From: Veleropilina oligotropha
Taxonomy: Eukaryota
DNA: 64,000 nt
Direction of reading: 5' to 3'
NCBI GenBank assembly: GCA_048128005.1
Contig: JBEUKZ010000062.1
Location: 62,001 to 126,000 of the forward strand
Shown here: piece by piece, positions 55,110 to 64,000 of the stretch
How the letters are laid out: each line of letters opens with the position of its first letter
Position numbering within the stretch: the stretch's first letter is position 1
The notes under the pieces: model-generated
What the model saw: the letters and a program-made list of their open reading frames with translations, nothing else
What the model was told of the DNA's origin: nothing
The model's database searches: none
Translations under genes and position numbers: made by a program

Positions 55110-55594
55110 GTAAGGAAAATTGGCAATATTAATATTAACAGTTATATTAAGCCCTTAGGCAATTTTGATATGCAGGAATTAGTTTTATCAATAGGGAATA
55201 AGTAGTGAAAATATTAATTCGTTAACAACGTCATTGTATAAATATATTTTATGAAATACAATGGATATGCATCAACAAGCCTAATCCCCAGGAGGCAGCA
55301 GAAACATTATGGTTATTGCCCAGACATTATCAGTCCTATTTCTATATATGGGCAACTCAAACTTGCCCAGCCGCATCAGAGTCAGATTAAAAAACCAGGT
55401 TGTTTTTCTCTTGGTAATAGATACATACAGATGTTTATGTATCTACTTTTACATTAATTGCCTTTGATGTCGATTTGTGATTTGATTGTAGCATGTTCAT
55501 TTAGAGCATTGATAACGGAACTTTTACCACATTTCTGGGCAAAATTCAGGGTCATCATGATTGTATTCAATTTCGTGTAATGGTGCACAGGATA

Positions 55595-55980
55595 AATTAT
55601 TAAGGCTTCCGTTGCTAAAGCACGGAAGCCTTATTGTTATTGTAAGGATTATTATTAATGCTTCCGTTTCTAAAGCACGGAAGCCTTATTGTTATTGCAA
55701 AGATTATTAAGGCATCCGGTGGCAACGGAAGACTTATTGTCATTGTACAGATTATTAAGGCTTCCGGTGCGAGAGCATGGAAGCCTTATTTTATTGCAAA
55801 GATTATTAAGGCTTCCGTTGCTAAAGCACGGAAGCCTTATTGTTATTGTAAGGATTATTATTAAGGCTTCCGTTGCTAAAGCACGGAAGCCTTATTGTTA
55901 TTGTAAAGATTATTAAGGCTCCCATTGTAAAGATTATTAAGGTTTCCGTTGCTTGAGCACGGAAGTCTTATTGTTATTGT
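55595..55980. repeat. Tandem array of a palindromic ~50-56 bp unit
   Basis: AAGGCTTCCGT-TGCTAAAGC-ACGGAAGCCTT hairpin repeated ~7 times. Confidence 0.85.
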
Positions 55981-56014
55981 ATGGACTTCCGGTCTATTCC
56001 ATGATTACTATTAT

Positions 56015-56700
56015 TATTTTACCAGCTGTTAAAAACTGCATGAACTCAAAAACTGCAACGCACATATGTCAAATTTTCAGGCCTAGTAGAGGACCGAGCA
56101 AGTAATTTTTTGATGTGTCATTGAATATAATTGGTCAGTTATTTTGATTATTTGATTATTGTTAAAATATGTTCAAATCTTCTCCTCAGAAACCGCTAAC
56201 TTTGGCAGTAGTGGAATCTTGGAAATCAAATCTGTATATTATGGCGATGACATGGTGTTTATTTTCGTAGCCGCCAGACGAATTTAAAGTTTTGAAATTA
56301 GGGGGTTAATTTTTAATTTCGTCAAATCCAAATAAATTGTATAATTTTGTTATGCAAAATGTAGTTTTGGTGAAATTATAATGATATCAGCAAAAAAATT
56401 AGAAAAAAATGGGAAATGTGAAAATTAGAATCATTTTAAGAAAAAATCGAAATATTTTGTAACAAGGGGCCGTAATTCGGTAACCACTCACACCAGGCAT
56501 CTCAAATTTTGACAAGTGACAGAGTGGGACATTACCAACAATTTTTCGATTGTTTTTTGGCGTTAGAGGAAATTTACAGCGATAAGTTTTGCTCCATACT
56601 TAAAATAATCGAGAGGCTGCGATATTTCGAATAAATATTTCTTTACATAACATAGAGTCACATAATTTACACTTGTAAACAAGCATATAGGAATGTACAA
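56015..56700. repeat. Dispersed host repeat, copy 1
   Basis: TTACCAGCTGTTAAAAACTGCA... aligns with 58950-59601. Confidence 0.75.
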
Positions 56701-57659
56701 GGCCTGAAAATTTCATGCAGATCCATGCAGTATTTAATAATGAGATCTGGCGAGTTAAGTTTTTACCAACAACGGCGATGTTCATGAAATTTACAAATGC
56801 GAAATGTGTTTCCCCTAACTACAAATATGTTAAATCAGCGTGTCTTTTCGTGGTCCTTCTTTATGGCTGAACGGTTAACACCGCGAACAGGTCGTGGATT
56901 TCGCAACCAAACCAATAGATAAAGGTTCGCTTCCCGTCAGAGGAATGTAAAAATTTTATTTATTTATTTCATTTCTTCTAGCTATTGTATCTGATATACC
57001 ATCGTAATAATTGACGATACATTTTATTTTAAATACAGTATATACAAAATAAAGAATTATTGTCATATAGAGTTTTAAATGTGGACATATGTCACGTCCA
57101 GGTATATTGAATATGTCCGCGAATTCCACATATGCATATTTCATTTGTGTTCGTTGTTTAAGAGCCTGAGATTGCCGACTAATCCTGAAACGTTCATCAT
57201 TACATAATTGACAACACCTCGTAGAATCCGTGCCTTTGGTTGTGTCTCTGGCGATTTTGATATTAGCGCCGACTGACTATTACTGAATGTTTTGAACGGT
57301 TTAGTAAATATTAGGTCGCAAAAGTTTGCGTTGTTATGAGTTATTAAACTTCGTTCATCGTGAACAAATTTGTACCAGCCGCAGGTAATATTCTGCTCTA
57401 TTTTCTGTTGAACGACTGTATTTGTAATACTGTAGACTATTTAGTTTCTTATACATATTGCCTGGAATATTAGTGTCCTGTGGGCTGTTGCATGAATGAG
57501 GCTTAAGCCCTGTTTACACTACCAAATATAATGAGCATTAATATATATCGGTTTCGAACCGGCTTATTTTGGTAGTGTAAACGGGGCTTTAGTCTGGATA
57601 TTTACACCCATTGCACATCTCGACCGCAGTTTACGTTTGACTAAAGATATGCTCAAAAT

Positions 57660-57832
57660 GTTAGTTTAGTGGGGCGTTTAATGGGCATTTAGTGGGACGT
57701 TTATTGAGGCGTTTAGTGTGGCGTTTAGTGTGGAGTTTAGTGGTCGTTTATGGGGCGTTTTGTGGGGCCTTTAGTAAGCGTTTAGGGAGACGTTTAGAGG
57801 GCATTTAATTGGGCGTTTAGTGGCGTTAGTGA
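57660..57832. repeat. Degenerate short tandem repeat (GGCGTTTAGTG-like)
   Basis: ~12-13 bp units. Confidence 0.7.
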
Positions 57833-57854
57833 CCTTAGATAAACATCATCAAAG

Positions 57855-58770
57855 GTGTGCATCATCAAAGGTGTGATACAAGGATGCATCATATCCCCAT
57901 TGCTGTTCATCCTATATACAGGAATTATATTTAGGGTTTTGACTGACATGAATGGCATTAAAATAGGAGGGCTCAATGTAACTGACTTAAGGTATGCGGA
58001 TGATACGTCATTACTAACGGAAAATGAAGAAGACCTGCAAGAAATTGTCACCAACGGAATGAAGTAGGAGAAAAAATGGGTATGAGAATAAATGTTGCGA
58101 AAACAAAAACAATGTTGATCACTCGGCGAAAGGTAACACAAAGAATAAGAATAAATGTTAATGGCACTGAGCTGGAACAAGTCAATAAATTTGTTTACTT
58201 GGGGCACCTAGTAACAGAAGATGGAAAATGTGAAAATGAGATTAAAAGAAGAATAGAAATTGCTAGAAGTGCTTTCATTCAAATGGATAAAATGCTAACA
58301 TCTAGAAAGATAAATCTGAATATAAGAAAAAGTCTCCTAAAATGCTATGTGTGGAACACTCTTCTGTATGGTGCAGAATCATGAACTATTGGCAAGGCTA
58401 TGTGGAACAAGATCAGGGCGTTTGAGATGTGGGGCTTAAGAAAAATGCTGAAGATATCATGGAAAGAGTTACAAATGAAGAAGTATTAGCAAGAAGCAGA
58501 GGAGTTAGAGAGTTTAGAGTCTATGATAATGAAAAAGAAGGCCAGCTACTGTGGGCACCTGCTAAGAAATGACCGCGGAATGCAAAAGATTCTTGTGGAA
58601 GGCTATGTTGAGGGGAAGAGAGAACGAGGAAGGCAGAGGCTAACTTGGATGGATCACATCAAAGAGTGGGCAGGTGGCGTATATCAGGATGTGGCGAGAA
58701 AAGCACAAGATCGAAGAAGCTGGAGGACCATGGCAGTCAACCTCGGAAGAGATGGGACCCCCTGACTGAC
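57855..58770 (+). pseudogene. 5'-truncated non-LTR retrotransposon RT (RTE-like), with stops and frameshifts
   Basis: GVIQGCIISPLLF, LRYADDT, INVAKTKTM, FVYLG, LLYGAES, GKRERGRQR. Confidence 0.85.
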
Positions 58771-58949
58771 ATTTACCTTTGATGTTGGATGACCTAGACA
58801 GTTGAAAATGACCAATTAAGCAGAACTGTGCCAAAATGATGCATAACATTTTCGAAATCGAGAGGGCATTCAAATGTGACCATGACCTGTTACTTATGAA
58901 TTTGGTGACAACCGAAGCCATATAACTGCTTGCAGTTCTAGTTAATATT

Positions 58950-59601
58950 ATTACCAGCTGTTAAAAACTGCATTAACTCAAAAACTGTGCAACGCACATA
59001 TGTCAAATTTACATGCCTAGTAGAGGACCGAGCAAGTAATTTGTTGATGTGTAAATAGATCTGATTGGTCAAATATTTTGGTGGCCATTTTGATTATCGT
59101 TAAAATCTATTCAATTCTACTACTAAAAAATCGGTAATCTGATAGTGGTGGAATTATGGAAATCAAATCTGCATAATAAGGTCATGACATGGTGCTTGGT
59201 TTTGTGGCGGTACAAAGCCCAAGATGGCCGCCGGAGGGGTTTAAATATAGGAAATAAATTGTGTAATTTCGTTATGCAAAATGTAGTTCTGATTAAATTA
59301 TAAAGATATCAGCAAAAAAATGTGAAATGTGAAAATTAAAAGCAATTTAAGAATCATTCGAAAATATTTTGTACCAAGCGGCCATCATTCGGTAACCACT
59401 GACACTAGGCATCTCAAATTTTAACAACTGACAGAGTGAGACATTATCAACAACTTTCTCGCGTGATTTTGGGTGTCGGAGAAAATTTATAGCGATAAGT
59501 TTTTCTCCAAGGATAAAATAATCGATAGGCTGCGATATTTCGAATAAATCTTTTTTTACACAATATAGAGTCACATAATTGACATTGATAAGCAAGAATA
59601 T
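58950..59601. repeat. Dispersed host repeat, copy 2, interrupted by viral copy D
   Basis: Similarity to 56015-56700 ends at the AGCAGCAG terminus (59602). Confidence 0.75.
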
Positions 59602-60300
59602 AGCAGCAGGGGGGGTGACCATACCTTTTATCTGGGGGTGCGGCGAGGGAAATTAAGGCTCCCAGCACTTTTCAGAATTAATATGGATCTCAACTCAGCA
59701 GCAGGGGGTGATCATACCTTTTATAATGGGAAAATAAGGCTCCCAGCACCTGTTCCGAGGGGGGGTGACCATACCTTTTATCTGGGGGTGCGGCGAGGGA
59801 AATTAAGGCTCCCAGCACTTTTCAGAATTAATATGGATCTCAACTCAGCAGCAGGGGGTGATCATACCTTTTATAATGGGAAAATAAGGCTCCCAGCACC
59901 TGTTCCGAGGGGGGGTGACCATACCTTTTATCTGGGGGTGCGGCGAGGGAAATTAAGGCTCCCAGCACTTTTCAGAATTAATATGGATCTCAACTCAGCA
60001 GCAGGGGGTGATCATACCTTTTATAATGGGAAAATAAGGCTCCCAGCACCTGTTCCGAGGGGGGGTGACCATACCTTTTATCTGGGGGTGCGGCGAGGGA
60101 AATTAAGGCTCCCAGCACTTTTCAGAATTAATATGGATCTCAACTCAGCAGCAGGGGGTGATCATACCTTTTATAATGGGAAAATAAGGCTCCCAGCACC
60201 TGTTCCGAGGGGGTGACCATACCTTTTATCTGGGGGCGCGGCGAGGGAAATTAAGGCTCCCAGCACTTTTCAGAATTAATATGGATCTCAACTCAGCAGC
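59602..60300. repeat. 150-bp tandem array made of TIR pieces (~4.6 units)
   Basis: GGGGGTGACC recurs at 59611, 59761, 59911, 60061 and ~60209; each unit contains CAGCAGCAGGGGGTGA and AAGGCTCCCAGCAC. Confidence 0.92.
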
Positions 60301-61315
60301 AGGGGGGGTCAATAGACTTTTTAGAATGGGAAAATACAGCGCCCAGCACTATTTCAGAACTGAGCTGGTATTACTGTGGAGGGCTAGGGAGTTAGACTAG
60401 GGGCGCGGCGAGGGAAATTAAGGCTCCCAGCTATATTTCAGACCCCAGGGGTAGGGATTGTATTACAAAAAGTCACCGTGTGTACAAACTAGGGTAGCTT
60501 ATAATAGTAAATTAAATTAAAACACTTACCTGTGGACATTTCGGCCGAAACTCACATCACTAATCCCCCTCCAGCCTTCTACAGCCTTCTAGATCAGTGT
60601 ATTGCCACATTTCCATATATAACTTGTTGACGAGCTCTGTTCGTTCTAGAGCTTTCCACGTACACATACTTGTTGACGATCTGTGATCATTCTAGAAGGC
60701 TGTATTGCCACGTGACCATGACTCCACTAGATTACTGTCTACCATGTAAACATGGGGACTGATATATTCTTTCTGTGCTAAACGGAATGTTGGGGACCAG
60801 AAAAAGAAATCTGGGCCAATCTTTCTTGACTTGATCCAGTAACTTTGTATATCTGGGTCGACTCGGGACTGCGAGGTATTTCATTCATACGCGCAGAAGC
60901 AGCCAGACAGCATTTCTATAGTACTATAGAAATGGCGTGTCATGCTTTTAACGACTGTTGCCGTTCATAAATCGGGCACGAATGAACCAAGTAGATGGCT
61001 GCCTGGGATATTAATATTATTATTTAATACATTGATGTCTCTCCTAGTGTAGCTCTAAGCGCAGTACAAACTATAACTAATATTACAGTACAATGTACAC
61101 AAGAATATACAGGAGAGACATCAATGATACATACTTAAGCAATAATAATAATAAACAGAATATTTTTTCGAGTTTTTCAATTTTATCTTTTTTTTTACAA
61201 GCGCAATCAGACAAAGAGGTGAAGCAGCCCCTGCGTGAACTTCAACCAACTTTGAATGGTACAATATACGCAGGGGAAAGCCGGAAAAATATGTTTTAAT
61301 GCAGGAGCAGCTGGT

Positions 61316-61747
61316 TTATATGAATATATAGTTACCCGATATTAAAGTACAATTACAGGGTGAGATTTGTCCGACTTTTCTCCACACACCGAAGCAGCCA
61401 GACAGCATGGTATAATACTCCCCATTTTTTCCAGGACATAACGAGGGGGTCGAACACTGGACACATGTGACAGTATCTCTTGGTGTGGCAGGGCTACAGT
61501 CATTCTCTCCGATAATAAAATAGTGGCATGACGGTGGAGAGACATCAGGGGTGGGGTCTCTACCCGGGCGAAGAAGCAAGTTTCTACGTAAGGGGTCAAA
61601 TCGGGCGTTATACCTGGGATGATTTCGGTACCTAGTCCACGTATGTTCCAGAATTAATGCAGTGTTGTGTGTCGACGCCTGGGTAGACACACCCCCTAGC
61701 CAGCACACCGCGGCAATACACAGTAGCATAGATTTCATGGATTTCAT
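61316..61747 (-). CDS. Cys-rich putative secreted protein (copy D)
   Basis: Near-identical to 4569-5000. Confidence 0.75.
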   Translation of the reverse strand: MKSMKSMLLCIAAVCWLGGVSTQASTHNTALILEHTWTRYRNHPRYNARFDPLRRNLLLRPGRDPTPDVSPPSCHYFIIGENDCSPATPRDTVTCVQCSTPSLCPGKNGEYYTMLSGCFGVWRKVGQISPCNCTLISGNYIFI

Positions 61748-61829
61748 GGTTGTCCAGATATCACTGTCGATTTCTAGCTTTAATACGGGGGAGGAGCGGG
61801 GTAGTCGTGGCTACGCTCAACCTGGATAG

Positions 61830-62465
61830 TTAGTCGCCAGCTCCGATTTTTTTCAGCAGCTCTGCACGACCCTCTAAACGACCACGCTCAATAAGCTCGC
61901 TCTGGGTCTGTGAAATCGCGGTGTGCGCCTTCCTACTCTTATCCCGGATTGATGCCTTCATAGCTTGGTATTTTTCCATCTCCCCTGTGACCAGTTGGAA
62001 TTCATCATCAGACATCACCCCGTCCGATAATGCCTTTGAGACGTGGTCGGTTATGGTATTCAGCTTGCTGTCGGCCAGGACTCGAATCTCGTCGTGTTTC
62101 TTAGCCTTCACCCCGAGGCGCCGGCTGATATACTTTCCACCCATACTAGCGAGCCCACACCCTAATGCCGCTAGTTCCAGCACTAGGACGACCGGGGCGG
62201 CTACAATTGTGGACAGTAGACCAATTCCAGCGCTACCCATACCAAGTGTGGCGACGACTAGCCCGTTATCTATCCCGTCAACGACGTTAACACCTCGTCG
62301 GTACTTTTTATATAATGCAGCCCGTGTGTCCCTCTCTCGTTCTAATTGTCCCTGAAGCTCATTCACTTTCTGTAGTCGGAAGGACTGTGCCTCATGCAGT
62401 TCCGAAGGCACATCGCCACCAAGTTGTGGGTACAGCGTTGGCGCTGAGGGTTTGTTGTCCATCAT
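61830..62465 (-). CDS. Hydrophobic-hairpin helical protein (copy D)
   Basis: Near-identical to 3848-4483. Confidence 0.75.
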   Translation of the reverse strand: MMDNKPSAPTLYPQLGGDVPSELHEAQSFRLQKVNELQGQLERERDTRAALYKKYRRGVNVVDGIDNGLVVATLGMGSAGIGLLSTIVAAPVVLVLELAALGCGLASMGGKYISRRLGVKAKKHDEIRVLADSKLNTITDHVSKALSDGVMSDDEFQLVTGEMEKYQAMKASIRDKSRKAHTAISQTQSELIERGRLEGRAELLKKIGAGD

Positions 62466-62812
62466 ACGTGGCTGTATTGTTCCGCCTGTTTGTTTAAAAT
62501 GTCTACTGTAACGTTCAAATACAGAGTGCCGACCCACGGGGCCTTGATGACAAAGGCGAGGGTTAACTTATCCGAATCCAGGCTGAGTTTACTTATGGAA
62601 CATGCCTTGGGGCCCCCGGCCGGCTGGACCGGCGTCAGGTGGATCATTAGAAGGGCTGGGTTCAACCCGAACCGACCTCTAGTGTTTGGAAACATGAACT
62701 CCCTCCTCGCCAGCCCCTTATTGGGCGCTACCCCACAATTAAGGACAAAGTGCCACCGGGTCGGGGGGGAAGAGGGCTCGTCTGCAAGCAGGGTCCCGTA
62801 GATGCTGCTCAT
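62462..62812 (-). CDS. Small hypothetical protein (copy D)
   Basis: Near-identical to 3501-3851. Confidence 0.7.
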   Translation of the reverse strand: MSSIYGTLLADEPSSPPTRWHFVLNCGVAPNKGLARREFMFPNTRGRFGLNPALLMIHLTPVQPAGGPKACSISKLSLDSDKLTLAFVIKAPWVGTLYLNVTVDILNKQAEQYSHV

Positions 62813-63549
62813 TGTATCGCAAGGACTGCGGAAATAGGCATACCGTGATTGTCGAGCGGTTTACCATCTGAGTCTGTGATGTAAACCTTCAACTCTGTGA
62901 TTAGCCCGGCCTGTAGTCGCCGGCCGGCGGGATAGCTATGATAGTGGCCAGCTTCACCGAACATCTGCGACGTGATAGGGACCACCGCGAGAATAGTGCT
63001 CGGGGCGCCGTCCTTCACATTGTGCGTTGTACTAAGCTGCTCCAGGTGGACGTGCAGGGTTGGCGCTATGGCAAACCCGACAGGCTTATTCCCGTCATAA
63101 GTCCCAGGGCGTAGCCACTCGGATCTCTCCGGAGGGGGAGGTGGTTGGCCCTGTACTCCCCGAACCGGTTGGTTCAGATTCCCTGCTTTATCGAGAATAA
63201 ACGAAGAGAGGTCTAAGCCGAGGAGTTTTCGTATATCGTCACTTATCGCGAGTCGAGTCCCCTCTGGGACCACGATTCGGGCGAGCCCTGTAGCATGGCT
63301 TACATCTAGTTGTAGGTTAACTAGCGACCTCTTCATCGTCTTGGCGAGGTCATCGAAGCTGTAGAAACCTGGTGCCACGTCGACCGTGGTATCCGGGGTC
63401 TTAAAGAAGGCTCCGGCATGCACGTTGTGCCAGCCTACCCAATAGTCGAGCGACTGCAAGCTGACACATAGCTTGCTGTCCCGGTTATCAATCGGCTCCA
63501 GGAGGGCAACCGCGGTCCCCTCTTGAACGTTTGTTAATGTGTGAAACAT
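62809..63549 (-). CDS. Putative penton/minor capsid protein (copy D)
   Basis: Near-identical to 2764-3504. Confidence 0.65.
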   Translation of the reverse strand: MFHTLTNVQEGTAVALLEPIDNRDSKLCVSLQSLDYWVGWHNVHAGAFFKTPDTTVDVAPGFYSFDDLAKTMKRSLVNLQLDVSHATGLARIVVPEGTRLAISDDIRKLLGLDLSSFILDKAGNLNQPVRGVQGQPPPPPERSEWLRPGTYDGNKPVGFAIAPTLHVHLEQLSTTHNVKDGAPSTILAVVPITSQMFGEAGHYHSYPAGRRLQAGLITELKVYITDSDGKPLDNHGMPISAVLAIQ

Positions 63550-63556
63550 AGTAGCT

Positions 63557-64000
63557 ATGGCTAAGAGCGCCTTTGCGTTTAATAGGAGTGCGGCCTATCC
63601 GACCGGTGTGGTGTACCCAGCAAAGATCAAAGATGAGCAGCTTACGAGACCAAGCATCAATGTGGGTAATAGCTCAACCACTACATTCGGGGCAACATAC
63701 CCTGACGTCTTTCAGAAATACCGCCTCCCTCATGTCGCTAGTGACGGGCTGATAAGGGATTGGAACAGCACGCCGATGAGGTTCTGGCAGAACAAGGTCA
63801 ATTTCGCAGTTTGGTGTGCCACAACAGGTTCCGGAATCTCCTCAGAAGACCACTTAAATGCGACCGACCCCCTCTCCACTGCTGTATTCACCTTCCACGT
63901 CTACTATCAGGTCAGACGAATCTTATCCGAAATTCAGGCGCCGCTGCCACAGGACCGGACGTGGGATGCATTCGACAACCCGTATGACCGCAGGGCATAT
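63557..64000 (+). CDS. Conserved hypothetical protein, N-terminal part (copy D, runs off window)
   Basis: MAKSAFAFNRSAAYPTG... open to the window end; homolog of 19796-21064. Confidence 0.75.
   Translation, partial: MAKSAFAFNRSAAYPTGVVYPAKIKDEQLTRPSINVGNSSTTTFGATYPDVFQKYRLPHVASDGLIRDWNSTPMRFWQNKVNFAVWCATTGSGISSEDHLNATDPLSTAVFTFHVYYQVRRILSEIQAPLPQDRTWDAFDNPYDRRAY

Larger units (their letters stand above)
59602..64000. mobile_element. Polinton/Maverick-like endogenous virus, copy D (partial)
   Basis: AGCAGCAGGGGGGG terminus at 59602; 60960-64000 is highly similar to the reverse complement of copy A 2310-5360. Confidence 0.9.

Noticed and set aside
5931..59601. Composite transposon bounded by copies A and D
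   Set aside because: The intervening DNA lies outside both elements' termini, and the flanks (ACAGA vs AATAT) are unrelated.
59602..60300. CRISPR-like array or 192-aa repeat protein (59638-60216)
   Set aside because: Units are identical with no unique spacers and consist of TIR sequence. The ORF exists only because 150 is divisible by 3.

Overview
This is eukaryotic (invertebrate-like, AT-rich) DNA. It carries four copies of one GC-rich, ~16 kb Polinton/Maverick-like endogenous virus family in and around a + strand host gene built from fibronectin type III (FN3)-like exons (8077-8361, 10637-10921, 53309-53608, 54807-55109). Copy A (<1-5930) and copy D (59602->64000) run off the window. Copy B (16116-47822, TSD TCTTC, 196-bp TIRs) sits in the integrase of a decayed Gypsy LTR retrotransposon. 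Copy C (31952-47614, TSD AGTCC, ~61-bp TIRs, no frameshifts seen) sits just inside B's right TIR. The family encodes a putative double-jelly-roll major capsid, a penton-like protein, an A32/FtsK packaging ATPase and an rve integrase. It also encodes several membrane proteins, a secreted-looking Cys-rich protein and one ORF fusing a divergent PolB, an SF1 helicase and an HNH-like domain. I found no adenain-type protease. Termini are AGCAGCAG...CTGCTGCT with 5-bp TSDs. The gene cassette is inverted relative to the subterminal modules between B and C, and terminal sequences are reiterated (150-bp array in D). The rest is host intron with Helitron/Helentron-like elements, an RTE LINE fragment and minisatellites, two of which derive from exon/splice-donor junctions. 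Product calls come from motifs read by eye; no database search was run.
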